64,000 nucleotides of DNA from Auanema rhodensis (lineage: Eukaryota > Animalia > Nematoda), in the NCBI GenBank assembly GCA_964057225.1, contig OZ059894.1:19096001-19160000 (forward strand), written 5' to 3'. Below are positions 38,701 to 53,163 of this stretch, piece by piece (position 1 is the stretch's first letter; every line of letters starts with the position of its first letter). Both the position numbers and the translations under genes were made by a program. The notes beneath the pieces were generated by a model that was not told where the DNA came from, ran no database searches, and saw only the letters and a program-made list of their open reading frames with translations.

Positions 38701-41700
38701 AAAAATTTTTTCGAAAAATTTCAAAATAATTTAGCAAAAAGTAGATGTTTTTAGATTCCTTTTTTCAAGGCAAAGACGATGGACAATGTTATTCAACGAA
38801 AAAATTGATTCTTCAGGGTGAAAATCGAGGATATAAGTGTGAACTTATATCAGTTGATATCTCGGTGCATTTTTAAGCTAGCGCAAATATGATAACACAG
38901 ATCGACGCAACTTAAAAATCCGCATCGACTGCACTATACTACATTGAGAAACGCTTAATACAAAAATTAGTTATGATCGTTTGAAAAATGATGCATTAGT
39001 GTATGTTGAGTTTCCATGTACACTCAACATTGCTTCCAAAAACATTTTGACAAAAGTTTTTTCGAAAAATTTCAGAATAATTTAGCAAAAAGTAGATGTT
39101 TTTAGATTCCTTTTTTCAAGGCAAAGACGATGGACAATGTTATTCAACGAAAAAATTAATTCTTCAGGGTGAAAATCGAGGATATAAGTGTGAACATATA
39201 TCAGTTGATATCTCGGTGCATTTTTAAGCTAGCGCAAATCTGATAACACAGATCGACGCAGCTTAAAAATCCGCATCGAATGCACTATACTACATTGAGA
39301 AACGCTTAATACAAAAATTAGTTATGATCGTTTGAAAAATGATGCATTAGTGTATGTTGAGTTTCCATGTACACTCAACATTGCTTCCAAAAACATTTTG
39401 ACAAAAATTTTTTCGAAAAATTTCAAAATAATTTAGCAAAAAGTAGATGTTTTTAGATTCCTTTTTCCAAGGCAAAGACGATGGACAATGTTATTCAACG
39501 AAAAAATTAATTCTTCAGGGTGAAAATCGAGGATATAAGTGTGAACTTATATCAGTTGCTATCTCGGTGCATTTTTAAGCTAGCGCAAATCTGATAACAC
39601 AGATCGACGCAGCTTAAAAATCCGCATCGAATGCACTATACTACATTGAGAAACGCTTAATACAAAAATTAGTTATAATCGTTTGAAAATAGATGCATTA
39701 GTGTATGTTGAGTTTCCATGTACACTCAACATTGCTTCCAAAAACATTTTGACAAACATTTTTTCGAAAAATTTCAAATTAAATTAGCAAAAAGTAGATG
39801 TTTTTAGATTCCATTTTTTAAGGCAAAGACGATGGACAATGTTATTCAACGAAAAAATTGATTCTTCAGGGTGAAAATCGAGGATATAAGTGTGAACTTA
39901 TATCAGTTGATATCTCGGTGCATTTTTAAGCTAGCGCAAATATGATAACACAGATCGACGCAACTTAAAAATCCGCATCGACTGCACTATACTACATTGA
40001 GAAACGCTTAATACAAAAATTAGTTATGATCGTTTGAAAAATGATGCATTAGTGTATGTTGAGTTTCCATGTACACTCAACATTGCTTCCAAAAACATTT
40101 TGACAAAAGTTTTTTCGAAAAATTTCAGAATAATTTAGCAAAAAGTAGATGTTTTTAGATTCCTTTTTTCAAGGCAAAGACGATGGACAATGTTATTCAA
40201 CGAAAAAATTAATTCTTCAGGGTGAAAATCGAGGATATAAGTGTGAACATATATCAGTTGATATCTCGGTGCATTTTTAAGCTAGCGCAAATCTGATAAC
40301 ACAGATCGACGCAGCTTAAAAATCCGCATCGAATGCACTATACTACATTGAGAAACGCTTAATACAAAAATTAGTTATGATCGTTTGAAAAATGATCCAT
40401 TAGTGTATGTTGAGTTTCCATGTACACTCAACATTGCTTCCAAAAACATTTTGACAAAAATTTTTTCAAAAAATTTCAGAATAAATTAGCAAAAAGTAGA
40501 TGTTTTTAGATTCCTTTTTTCAAGACAAAGACGATGGACAATGTTATTCAACGAAAAAATTAATTCTTCAGGGTGAAAATCGAGGATATAAGTGTGAACT
40601 TATATCAGTTGATATCTCGGTGCATTTTTAAGCTAGCGCAAATCTGATAACACAGATCGACGCAGCTTAAAAATCCGCATCGAATGCACTATACTACATT
40701 GAGAAACGCTTAATACAAAAATTAATTATGATCGTTTGAAAAATGATGCATTAGTGTATGTTGAGTTTCCATGTACACTCAACATTGCTTCCAAAAACAT
40801 TTTGACAAACATTTTTTCGAAAAATTTCAAAATAAATTAGCAAAAAGTAGATGTTTTTAGATTCCTTTTTTCAAGGCAAAGACGATGGACAATGTTATTC
40901 AACGAAAAAATTAATTCTTCAGGGTGAAAATCGAGGATATAAGTGTGAACTTATATCAGTTGATATCTGGGTGCATTTTTAAGCTAGCGCAAATCTGATA
41001 ACACAGATCGACGCAGCTTAAAAATCCGCATCGAATGCACTATACTACATTGAGAAACGCTTAATACAAAAATTAGTTATGATCGTTTGAAAAATGATGC
41101 ATTAGTGTATGTTGAGTTTCCATGTACACTCAACATTGCTTCCAAAAACATTTTGACAAAAGTTTTTTCGAAAAATTTCAGAATAATTTAGCAAAAAGTA
41201 GATGTTTTTAGATTCCTTTTTTCAAGGCAAAGTCGATGGACAATGTTATTCAACGAAAAAATTAATTCTTCAGGGTGAAAATCGAGGATATAAGTGTGAA
41301 CATATATCAGTTGATATCTCGGTGCATTTTTAAGCTAGCGCAAATCTGATAACACAGATCGACGCAGCTTAAAAATCCGCATCGAATGCACTATACTACA
41401 TTGAGAAACGCTTAATACAAAAATTAGTTATGATCGTTTGAAAAATGATGCATTAGTGTATGTTGAGTTTCCATGTACACTCAACATTGCTTCCAAAAAC
41501 ATTTTGACAAAAATTTTTTCGAAAAATTTCAAAATAATTTAGCAAAAAGTAGATGTTTTTAGATTCCTTTTTCCAAGGCAAAGACGATGGACAATGTTAT
41601 TCAACGAAAAAATTAATTCTTCAGGGTGAAAATCGAGGATATAAGTGTGAACTTATATCAGTTGCTATCTCGGTGCATTTTTAAGCTAGCGCAAATCTGA

Positions 41701-44700
41701 TAACACAGATCGACGCAGCTTAAAAATCCGCATCGAATGCACTATACTACATTGAGAAACGCTTAATACAAAAATTAGTTATAATCGTTTGAAAATAGAT
41801 GCATTAGTGTATGTTGAGTTTCCATGTACACTCAACATTGCTTCCAAAAACATTTTGACAAAAATTTTTTCGAAAAATTTCAAATTAAATTAGCAAAAAG
41901 TAGATGTTTTTAGATTCCATTTTTTAAGGCAAAGACGATGGACAATGTTATTCAACGGAAAAATTAATTCTTCAGGGTTAAAATCGAGGATATAAGTGTG
42001 AACTTATATCAGTTGATATCTCGGTGCATTTTTAAGCTAGCGCAAATCTGATAACACAGATCGACGCAGCTTAAAAATCCGCATCGAATGCACTATACTA
42101 CATTGAGAAACGCTTGATACAGAAATTAGTTATGATCGTTTGAAAAATGATGCATTAGTGTATGTTGAGTTTCCATGTACACTCAACATTGCTTCCAAAA
42201 ACATTTTGACAAAAATTTTTTCGAAACATTTCAAAATAAATTAGGAAAAAACAGATGTTTTTAGATTCCTGTTTTCAAGGCCAAGACGATGGACAATGTT
42301 ATTCAACGAAAAAATTAATTCTTCAGGGTGAAAATCGAGGATATAAGTGTGAACTTATATCAGTTGCTATCTCGGTGCATTTTTAAGCTAGCGCTAATCT
42401 GATAACACAGATCGACGCAGCTTAAAAATCCGCATCGAATGCACTATACTACATTGAGAAACGCTTAATACAAAAATTAGTTATGATCGTTTGAAAAATG
42501 ATGCATTAGTGTATGTTGAGTTTCCATGTACACTCAACATTGCTTCCAAAAACATTTTGACAAAAGTTTTTTCGAAAAATTTCAGAATAATTTAGCGAAA
42601 AATAGATGTTTTTAGATTCCTTTTTTCAAGGCAAAGACGATGGACAATGTTATTCAACGAAAAAATTAATTCTTCAGGGTGAAAATCGAGGATATAAGTG
42701 TGAACTTATATCAGTTGATATCTCGGTGCATTTTTAAGCTAGCGCAAATCTGATAACACAGATCGACGCAGCTTAAAAATCCGCATCGAATGCACTATAC
42801 TACATTGAGAAACGCTTAATACAAAAATTAGTTATGATCGTTTGAAAAATGATGCATTAGTGTATGTTGAGTTTCCATGTACACTCAACATTGCTTCCAA
42901 AAACATTTTGACAAAAATTTTTTCGAAAAATTTCAAAATAATTTAGCAAAAAGTAAATGTTTTTAGATTCCTTTTTTCAAGGCAAAGACGATGGACAATG
43001 TTATTCAACGAAAAAATTGATTCTTCAGGGTGAAAATCGAGGATATAAGTGTGAACTTATATCAGTTGATATCTGGGTGCATTTTTAAGCTAGCGCAAAT
43101 CTGATAACACAGATCGACGCAGCTTAAAATTCCGCATCGAATGCACTATACTACATTGAGAAACGCTTAATACAAAAATTAGTTATGATCGTTTGAAAAA
43201 TGATGCATTAGTGTATGTTGAGTTTCCATGTACACTCAACATTGCTTCCAAAAACATTTTGACAAAAATTTTTTCGAAAAATTTCAAAATAATTTAGCAA
43301 AAAGTAGATGTTTTTAGATTCCTTTTTTCAAGGCAAAGACGATGGACAATGTTATTCAACGAAAAAATTAATTCTTCAGGGTGAAAATCGAGGATATAAG
43401 TGTGAACTTATATCAGTTGATATCTGGGTGCATTTTTAAGCTAGCGCAAATCTGATAACACAGATCGACGCAGCTTAAAAATCCGCATCGAATGCACTAT
43501 ACTACATTGAGAAACGCTTAATACAAAAATTAGTTATGATCGTTTGAAAAATGATGCATTAGTGTATGTTGAGTTTCCATGTACACTCAACATTGCTTCC
43601 AAAAACATTTTGACAAAAATTTTTTCGAAAAATTTCAAAATAATTTAGCAAAAAGTAGATGTTTTTAGATTCCTTTTTTCAAGGCAAAGACGATGGACAA
43701 TGTTATTCAACGAAAAAATTGATTCTTCAGGGTGAAAATCGAGGATATAAGTGTGAACTTATATCAGTTGATATCTCGGTGCATTTTTAAGCTAGCGCAA
43801 ATATGATAACACAGATCGACGCAACTTAAAAATCCGCATCGACTGCACTATACTACATTGAGAAACGCTTAATACAAAAATTAGTTATGATCGTTTGAAA
43901 AATGATGCATTAGTGTATGTTGAGTTTCCATGTACACTCAACATTGCTTCCAAAAACATTTTGACAAAAGTTTTTTCGAAAAATTTCAGAATAATTTAGC
44001 AAAAAGTAGATGTTTTTAGATTCCTTTTTTCAAGGCAAAGACGATGGACAATGTTATTCAACGAAAAAATTAATTCTTCAGGGTGAAAATCGAGGATATA
44101 AGTGTGAACTTATATCAGTTGCTATCTCGGTGCATTTTTAAGCTAGCGCAAATCTGATAACACAGATCGACGCAGCTTAAAAATCCGCATCGAATGCACT
44201 ATACTACATTGAGAAACGCTTAATACAAAAATTAGTTATAATCGTTTGAAAATAGATGCATTAGTGTATGTTGAGTTTCCATGTACACTCAACATTGCTT
44301 CCAAAAACATTTTGACAAAAATTTTTTCGAAAAATTTCAAATTAAATTAGCAAAAAGTAGATGTTTTTAGATTCCATTTTTTAAGGCAAAGACGATGGAC
44401 AATGTTATTCAACGAAAAAATTGATTCTTCAGGGTTAAAATCGAGGATTTAAGTGTGAACTTATATCAGTTGATATTTCGGTGCATTTTTAAGCTAGCGC
44501 AAATCTGATAACACAGATCGACGCAGCTTAAAAATCCGCATCGAATGCACTATACTACATTGAGAAACGCTTGATACAGAAATTAGTTATGATCGTTTGA
44601 AAAATGATGCATTAGTGTATGTTGAGTTTCCATGTACACTCAACATTGCTTCCAAAAACATTTTGACAAAAATTTTTTCGAAACATTTCAAAATAAATTA

Positions 44701-47700
44701 GGAAAAAACAGATGTTTTTAGATTCCTGTTTTCAAAGCAAAGACGATGGACAATGTTATTCAACGAAAAAATTAATTCTTCAGGGTGAAAATCGAGGATA
44801 TAAGTGTGAACTTATATCAGTTGCTATCTCGGTGCATTTTTAAGCTAGCGCTAATCTGATAACACAGATCGACGCAGCTTAAAAATCCGCATCGAATGCA
44901 CTATACTACATTGAGAAACGCTTAATACAAAAATTAGTTATGATCGTTTGAAAAATGATGCATTAGTGTATGTTGAGTTTCCATGTACACTCAACATTGC
45001 TTCCAAAAACATTTTGACAAAAATTTTTTCGAAAAATTTCAAAATAATTTAGCAAAAAGTAGATGTTTTTAGATTCCATTTTTTAAGGCAAAGACGATGG
45101 ACAATGTTATTCAACGAAAAAATTGATTCTTCAGGGTTAAAATCGAGGATATAAGTGTGAACTTATATCAGTTGATATCTCGGTGCATTTTTAAGCTAGC
45201 GCAAATCTGATAACACAGATCGACGCAGCTTACAAATCCGCATCGAATGCACTATACTACATTGAGAAACGCTTAATACAAAAATTAGTTATGATCGTTT
45301 GAAAAATGATGCATTAGTGTATGTTGAGTTTCCATGTACACTCAACATTGCTTCCAAAAACATTTTGACAAAAATTTTTTCGAAAAATTTCAAATTAAAT
45401 TAGCAAAAAGTAGATGTTTTTAGATTCCATTTTTTAAGGCAAAGACGATGGACAATGTTATTCAACGAAAAAATTGATTCTTCAGGGTTAAAATCGAGGA
45501 TATAAGTGTGAACTTATATCAGTTGATATCTCGGTGCATTTTTAAGCTAGCGCAAATCTGATAACACAGATCGACGCAGCTTAAAAATCCGCATCGAATG
45601 CACTATACTACATTGAGAAACGCTTGATACAGAAATTAGTTATGATCGTTTGAAAAATGATGCATTAGTGTATGTTGAGTTTCCATGTACACTCAACATT
45701 GCTTCCAAAAACATTTTGACAAAAATTTTTTCGAAACATTTCAAAATAAATTAGGAAAAAACAGATGTTTTTAGATTCCTGTTTTCAAAGCAAAGACGAT
45801 GGACAATGTTATTCAACGAAAAAATTAATTCTTCAGGGTGAAAATCGAGGATATAAGTGTGAACTTATATCAGTTGCTATCTCGGTGCATTTTTAAGCTA
45901 GCGCTAATCTGATAACACAGATCGACGCAGCTTAAAAATCCGCATCGAATGCACTATACTACATTGAGAAACGCTTAATACAAAAATTAGTTATGATCGT
46001 TTGAAAAATGATGCATTAGTGTATGTTGAGTTTCCATGTACACTCAACATTGCTTCCAAAAACATTTTGACAAAAGTTTTTTCGAAAAATTTCAGAATAA
46101 TTTAGCAAAAAATAGATGTTTTTAGATTCCTTTTTTCAAGGCAAAGACGATGGACAATGTTATTCAACGAAAAAATTAATTCTTCAGGGTGAAAATCGAG
46201 GATATAAGTGTGAACTTATATCAGTTGATATCTCGGTGCATTTTTAAGCTAGCGCAAATCTGATAACACAGATCGACGCAGCTTAAAAATCCGCATCGAA
46301 TGCACTATACTACATTGAGAAACGCTTAATACAAAAATTAGTTATGATCGTTTGAAAAATGATGCATTAGTGTATGTTGAGTTTCCATGTACACTCAACA
46401 TTGCTTCCAAAAACATTTTGACAAAAATTTTTTCGAAAAATTTCAAAATAATTTAGCAAAAAGTAGATGTTTTTAAATTCCTTTTTTCAAGGCAAAGACG
46501 ATGGACAATGTTATTCAACGATAAAATTAATTCTTCAGGGTGAAAAGCGAGGATATAAGTGTGAACTTATATCAGTTGATATCTCGGTGCATTTTTAAGC
46601 TAGCGCAAATCTGATAACACAGATCGACGCAGCTTACAAATCCGCATCGAATGCACTATACTACATTGAGAAACGCTTAATACAAAAATTAGTTATGATC
46701 GTTTGAAAAATGATGCATTAGTGTATGTTGAGTTTCCATGTACACTCAACATTGCTTCCAAAAACATTTTGACAAAAATTTTTTCGAAACATTTCAAAAT
46801 AAATTAGGAAAAAACAGATGTTTTTAGATTCCTTTTTTCAAGGCAAAGACGATGGACAATGTTATTCAACGAAAAAATTAATTCTTCAGGGTGAAAATCG
46901 AGGATATAAGTGTGAACTTATATCAGTTGATATCTCGGTGCATTTTTAAGCTAGCGCAAATCTGATAACACAGATCGACGCAGCTTAAAAATCCGCATCG
47001 AATGCACTATACTACATTGAGAAACGCTTAATACAAAAATTAGTTATGATCGTTTGAAAAATGATGCATTAGTGTATGTTGAGTTTCCATGTACACTCAA
47101 CATTGCTTCCAAAAACATTTTGACAAAAATTTTTTCGAAAAATTTCAAAATAATTTAGCAAAAAGTAAATGTTTTTAGATTCCTTTTTTTAAGGCAAAGA
47201 CGATGGACAATGTTATTCAACGAAAAAATTGATTCTTCAGGGTGAAAATCGAGGATAAAAGTGTGAACTTATATCAGTTGATATCTGGGTGCATTTTTAA
47301 GCTAGCGCAAATCTGATAACACAGATCGACGCAGCTTAAAAATCCGCATCGAATGCACTATACTACATTGAGAAACGCTTAATACAAAAATTAGTTATGA
47401 TCGTTTGAAAAATGATGCATTAGTGTATGTTGAGTTTCCATGTACACTCAACATTGCTTCCAAAAACATTTTGACAAAAATTTTTTCGAAAAATTTCAAA
47501 ATAATTTAGCAAAAAGTAGATGTTTTTAGATTCCTTTTTTCAAGGCAAAGACGATGGACAATGTTATTCAACGAAAAAATTAATTCTTCAGGGTGAAAAT
47601 CGAGGATATAAGTGTGAACTTATATCAGTTGATATCTGGGTGCATTTTTAAGCTAGCGCAAATCTGATAACACAGATCGACGCAGCTTAAAAATCCGCAT

Positions 47701-50700
47701 CGAATGCACTATACTACATTGAGAAACGCTTAATACAAAAATTAGTTATGATCGTTTGAAAAATGATGCATTAGTGTATGTTGAGTTTCCATGTACACTC
47801 AACATTGCTTCCAAAAACATTTTGAAAAAAATTTTTTCGAAAAATTTCAAAATAAATTAGCAAAAAGTAGATGTTTTTAGATTCCATTTTTCAAGGCAAA
47901 GACGATGGACAATGTTATTCAACGAAAAAATTAATTCTTCAGGGTGAAAATCGAGGATATAAGTGTGAACTTATATCAGTTGATATCTCGGTGCATTTTT
48001 AAGCTAGCGCAAATATGATAACACAGATCGACGCAGCTTAAAAATCCGCATCGAATGCACTATACTACATTGAGAAACGCTTAATACAAAAATTAGTTAT
48101 GATCGTTTGAAAAATGATGCATTAGTGTATGTTGAGTTTCCATGTACACTCAACATTGCTTCCAAAAACATTTTGACAAAAATTTTTTCGAAAAATTTCA
48201 AAATAATTTAGCAAAAAGTAGATGTTTTTAGATTCCTTTTTTCAAGGCAAAGACGATGGACAATGTTATTCAACGAAAAAATTAATTCTTCAGGGTGAAA
48301 ATCGAGGATATAAGTGTGAACTTATATCAGTTGATATCTGGGTGCATTTTTAAGCTAGCGCAAATCTGATAACACAGATCGACGCAGCTTAAAAATCCGC
48401 ATCGAATGCACTATACTACATTGAGAAACGCTTAATACAAAAATTAGTTATGATCGTTTGAAAAATGATGCATTAGTGTATGTTGAGTTTCCATGTACAC
48501 TCAACATTGCTTCCAAAAACATTTTGACAAAAATTTTTTCGAAAAATTTCAAAATAAATTAGCAAAAAGTAGATGTTTTTAGATTCCATTTTTCAAGGCA
48601 AAGACGATGGACAATGTTATTCAACGAAAAAATTAATTCTTCAGGGTGAAAATCGAGGATATAAGTGTGAACTTATATCAGTTGATATCTCGGTGCATTT
48701 TTAAGCTAGCGCAAATATGATAACACAGATCGACGCAGCTTAAAAATCCGCATCGAATGCACTATACTACATTGAGAAACGCTTAATACAAAAATTAGTT
48801 ATGATCGTTTGAAAAATGATCCATTAGTGTATGTTGAGTTTCCATGTACACTCAACATTGCTTCCAAAAACATTTTGACAAAAATTTTTTCGAAAAATTT
48901 CAAAATAATTTAGCAAAAAGTAGATGTTTTTAGATTCCTTTTTTCAAGGCAAAGACGATGGACAATGTTATTCAACGAAAAAATTAATTCTTCAGGGTGA
49001 AAATCGAGGATATAAGTGTGAACTTATATCAGTTGATATCTCGGTGCATTTTTAAGCTAGCGCAAATCTGATAACACAGATCGACGCAGCTTAAAAATCC
49101 GCATCGAATGCACTATACTACATTGAGAAACGCTTAATACACAAATTAGTTATGATCGTTTGAAAAATGATGCATTAGTGTATGTTGAGTTTCCATGTAC
49201 ACTCAACATTGCTTCCAAAAACATTTTGACAAACATTTTTTCGAAAAATTTCAAAATAAATTAGCAAAAAGTAGATGTTTTTAGATTCCTTTTTTCAAGG
49301 CAAAGACGATGGACAATGTTATTCAACGAAAAAATTAATTCTTCAGGGTGAAAATCGAGGATATAAGTGTGAACTTATATCAGTTGATATCTCGGTGCAT
49401 TTTTAAGCTAGCGCAAATCTGATAACACAGATCGACGCAGCTTAAAATTCCGCATCGAATGCACTATACTACATTGAGAAACGCTTAATACACAAATTAG
49501 TTATGATCGTTTGAAAAATGATGCATTAGTGTATGTTGAGTTTCCATGTACACTCAACATTGCTTCCAAAAACATTTTGACAAACATTTTTTCGAAAAAT
49601 TTCAAAATAAATTAGCAAAAAGTAGATGTTTTTAGATTCCTTTTTTCAAGGCAAAGACGATGGACAATGTTATTCAACGAAAAAATTAATTCTTCAGGGT
49701 GAAAATCGAGGATATAAGTGTGAACTTATATCAGTTGATATCTCGGTGCATTTTTAAGCTAGCGCAAATCTGATAACACAGATCGACGCAGCTTAAAAAT
49801 CCGCATCGAATGCACTATACTACATTGAGAAACGCTTAATACAAAAATTAGTTATGATCGTTTGAAAAATGATCCATTAGTGTATGTTGAGTTTCCATGT
49901 ACACTCAACATTGCTTCCAAAAACATTTTGACAAAAATTTTTTCAAAAAATTTCAGAATAAATTAGCAAAAAGTAGATGTTTTTAGATTCCTTTTTTCAA
50001 GACAAAGACGATGGACAATGTTATTCAACGAAAAAATTAATTCTTCAGGGTGAAAATCGAGGATATAAGTGTGAACTTATATCAGTTGATATCTCGGTGC
50101 ATTTTTAAGCTAGCGCAAATCTGATAACACAGATCGACGCAGCTTAAAAATCCGCATCGAATGCACTATACTACATTGAGAAACGCTTAATACAAAAATT
50201 AATTATGATCGTTTGAAAAATGATGCATTAGTGTATGTTGAGTTTCCATGTACACTCAACATTGCTTCCAAAAACATTTTGACAAACATTTTTTCGAAAA
50301 ATTTCAAAATAAATTAGCAAAAAGTAGATGTTTTTAGATTCCTTTTTTCAAGGCAAAGACGATGGACAATGTTATTCAACGAAAAAATTAATTCTTCAGG
50401 GTGAAAATCGAGGATATAAGTGTGAACTTATATCAGTTGATATCTCGGTGCATTTTTAAGCTAGCGCAAATCTGATAACACAGATCGACGCAGCTCAAAA
50501 ATCCGCATCGAATACACTATACTACATTGAGAAACGCTTAATACAAAAATTAGTTATGATCGTTTGAAAAATGATCCATTAGTGTATGTTGAGTTTCCAT
50601 GTACACTCAACATTGCTTCCAAAAACATTTTGACAAAAATTTTTTCAAAAAATTTCAGAATAAATTAGCAAAAAGTAGATGTTTTTAGATTCCTTTTTTC

Positions 50701-53163
50701 AAGACAAAGACGATGGACAATGTTATTCAACGAAAAAATTAATTCTTCAGGGTGAAAATCGAGGATATAAGTGTGAACTTATATCAGTTGATATCTCGGT
50801 GCATTTTTAAGCTAGCGCAAATCTGATAACACAGATCGACGCAGCTTAAAAATCCGCATCGAATGCACTATACTACATTGAGAAACGCTTAATACAAAAA
50901 TTAGTTATGATCGTTTGAAAAATGATGCATTAGTGTATGTTGAGTTTCCATGTACACTCAACATTGCTTCCAAAAACATTTTGACAAAAATTTTTTCAAA
51001 AAATTTCAGAATAAATTAGCAAAAAGTAGATGTTTTTAGATTCCTTTTTTCAAGACAAAGACGATGGACAATGTTATTCAACGAAAAAATTAATTCTTCA
51101 GGGTGAAAATCGAGGATATAAGTGTGAACTTATATCAGTTGATATCTCGGTGCATTTTTAAGCTAGCGCAAATCTGATAACACAGATCGACGCAGCTTAA
51201 AAATCCGCATCGAATGCACCATACTACATTGAGAAACGCTCAATACAAAAATTAGTTATGATCGTTTGAAAAATGATGCATTAGTGTATGTTGAGTTTCC
51301 ATGTACACTCAACATTGCTTCCAAAAACATTTTGACAAAAATTTTTTCGAAAAATTTCAAAATAATTTAGCAAAAAGTAGATGTTTTTAGATTCCTTTTT
51401 TCAAGGCAAAGACGATGGACAATGTTATTCAACGAAAAAATTAATTCTTCAGGGTGAAAATCGAGGATATAAGTGTGAACTTATATCATTTGATATCTGG
51501 GTGCATTTTTAAGCTAGCGCAAATCTGATAACACAGATCGACGCAGCTTAAAAATCCGCATCGAATGCACTATACTACATTGAGAAACGCTTAATACAAA
51601 AATTAGTTATGATCGTTTGAAAAATGATGCATTAGTGTATGTTGAGTTTCCATGTACACTCAACATTGCTTCCAAAAACATTTTGACAAAAATTTTTTCG
51701 AAAAATTTCAAAATAAATTAGCAAAAAGTAGATGTTTTTAGATTCCTTTTTGTAAGGCAAAGACGATGGACAATGTTATTCAACGAAAAAATTAATTCTT
51801 CAGGGTGAAAATCGAGGATATAAGTGTGAACTTATATCAGTTGATATCTCGGTGCATTTTTAAGCTAGCGCAAATCTGATAACACAGATCGACGCAGCTT
51901 ACAAATCCGCATCGAATGCACTATACTACATTGAGAAACGCTTAATACAAAAATTAGTTATGATCGTTTGAAAAATGATGCATTAGTGTATGTTGAGTTT
52001 CCATGTACACTCAACATTGCTTCCAAAAACATTTTGACAAAAATTTTTTCGAAACATTTCAAAATAAATTAGGAAAAAACAGATGTTTTTAGATTCCTTT
52101 TTTCAAGGCAAAGACGATGGACAATGTTATTCAACGAAAAAATTAATTCTTCAGGGTGAAAATCGAGGATATAAGTGTGAACTTATATCAGTTGATATCT
52201 CGGTGCATTTTTAAGCTAGCGCAAATCTGATAACACAGATCGACGCAGCTTAAAAATCCGCATCGAATGCACTATACTACATTGAGAAACGCTTAATACA
52301 AAAATTAGTTATGATCGTTTGAAAAATGATGCATTAGTGTATGTTGAGTTTCCATGTACACTCAACATTGCTTCCAAAAACATTTTGACAAAAATTTTTT
52401 CGAAACATTTCGAAATAAATTAGCAAAAAACAGATGTTTTTAGATTCCTTTTTTCAAGGCAAAGACGATGGACAATGTTATTCAACGAAAAAATTAATTC
52501 TTCAGGGTGAAAATCGAGGATATAAGTGTGAACTTATATCAGTTGATATCTCGGTGCATTTTTAAGCTAGCGCAAATCTGATAACACAGATCGACGCAGC
52601 TTAAAAATCCGCATCGAATGCAGTATACTACATTGAGAAACGCTTAATACAAAAATTAGTTATGATCGTTTGAAAAATGATGCATTAGTGTATGTTGAGT
52701 TTCCATGTACACTCAACATTGCTTCCAAAAACATTTTGACAAAAATTTTTTCGAAACATTTCAAAATAAATTAGGAAAAAACAGATGTTTTTAGATTCCT
52801 TTTTTCAAGGCAAAGACGATGGACAATGTTATTCAACGAAAAAATTAATTCTTCAGGGTGAAAATCGAGGATATAAGTGTGAACTTATATCAGTTGATAT
52901 CTCGGTGCATTTTTAAGCTAGCGCAAATCTGATAACACAGATCGACGCAGCTTAAAAATCCGCATCGAATGCAGTATACTACATTGAGAAACGCTTAATA
53001 CAAAAATTAGTTATGATCGTTTGAAAAATGATGCATTAGTGTATGTTGAGTTTCCATGTACACTCAACATTGCTTCCAAAAACATTTTGACAAAAATTTT
53101 TTCGAAACATTTCAAAATAAATTAGCAAAAAACAGATGTTTTTAGATTCCTTTTTTCAAGGCT

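Larger units (their letters stand above)
4592..53162 (+). repeat. 351-bp tandem satellite array, ~138 head-to-tail monomers
   Basis: CGAGGATATAAG occurs at 4779, 5130, 5481 ... 52866 (=4779+137x351). Monomers differ by a few substitutions. Confidence 0.99.
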
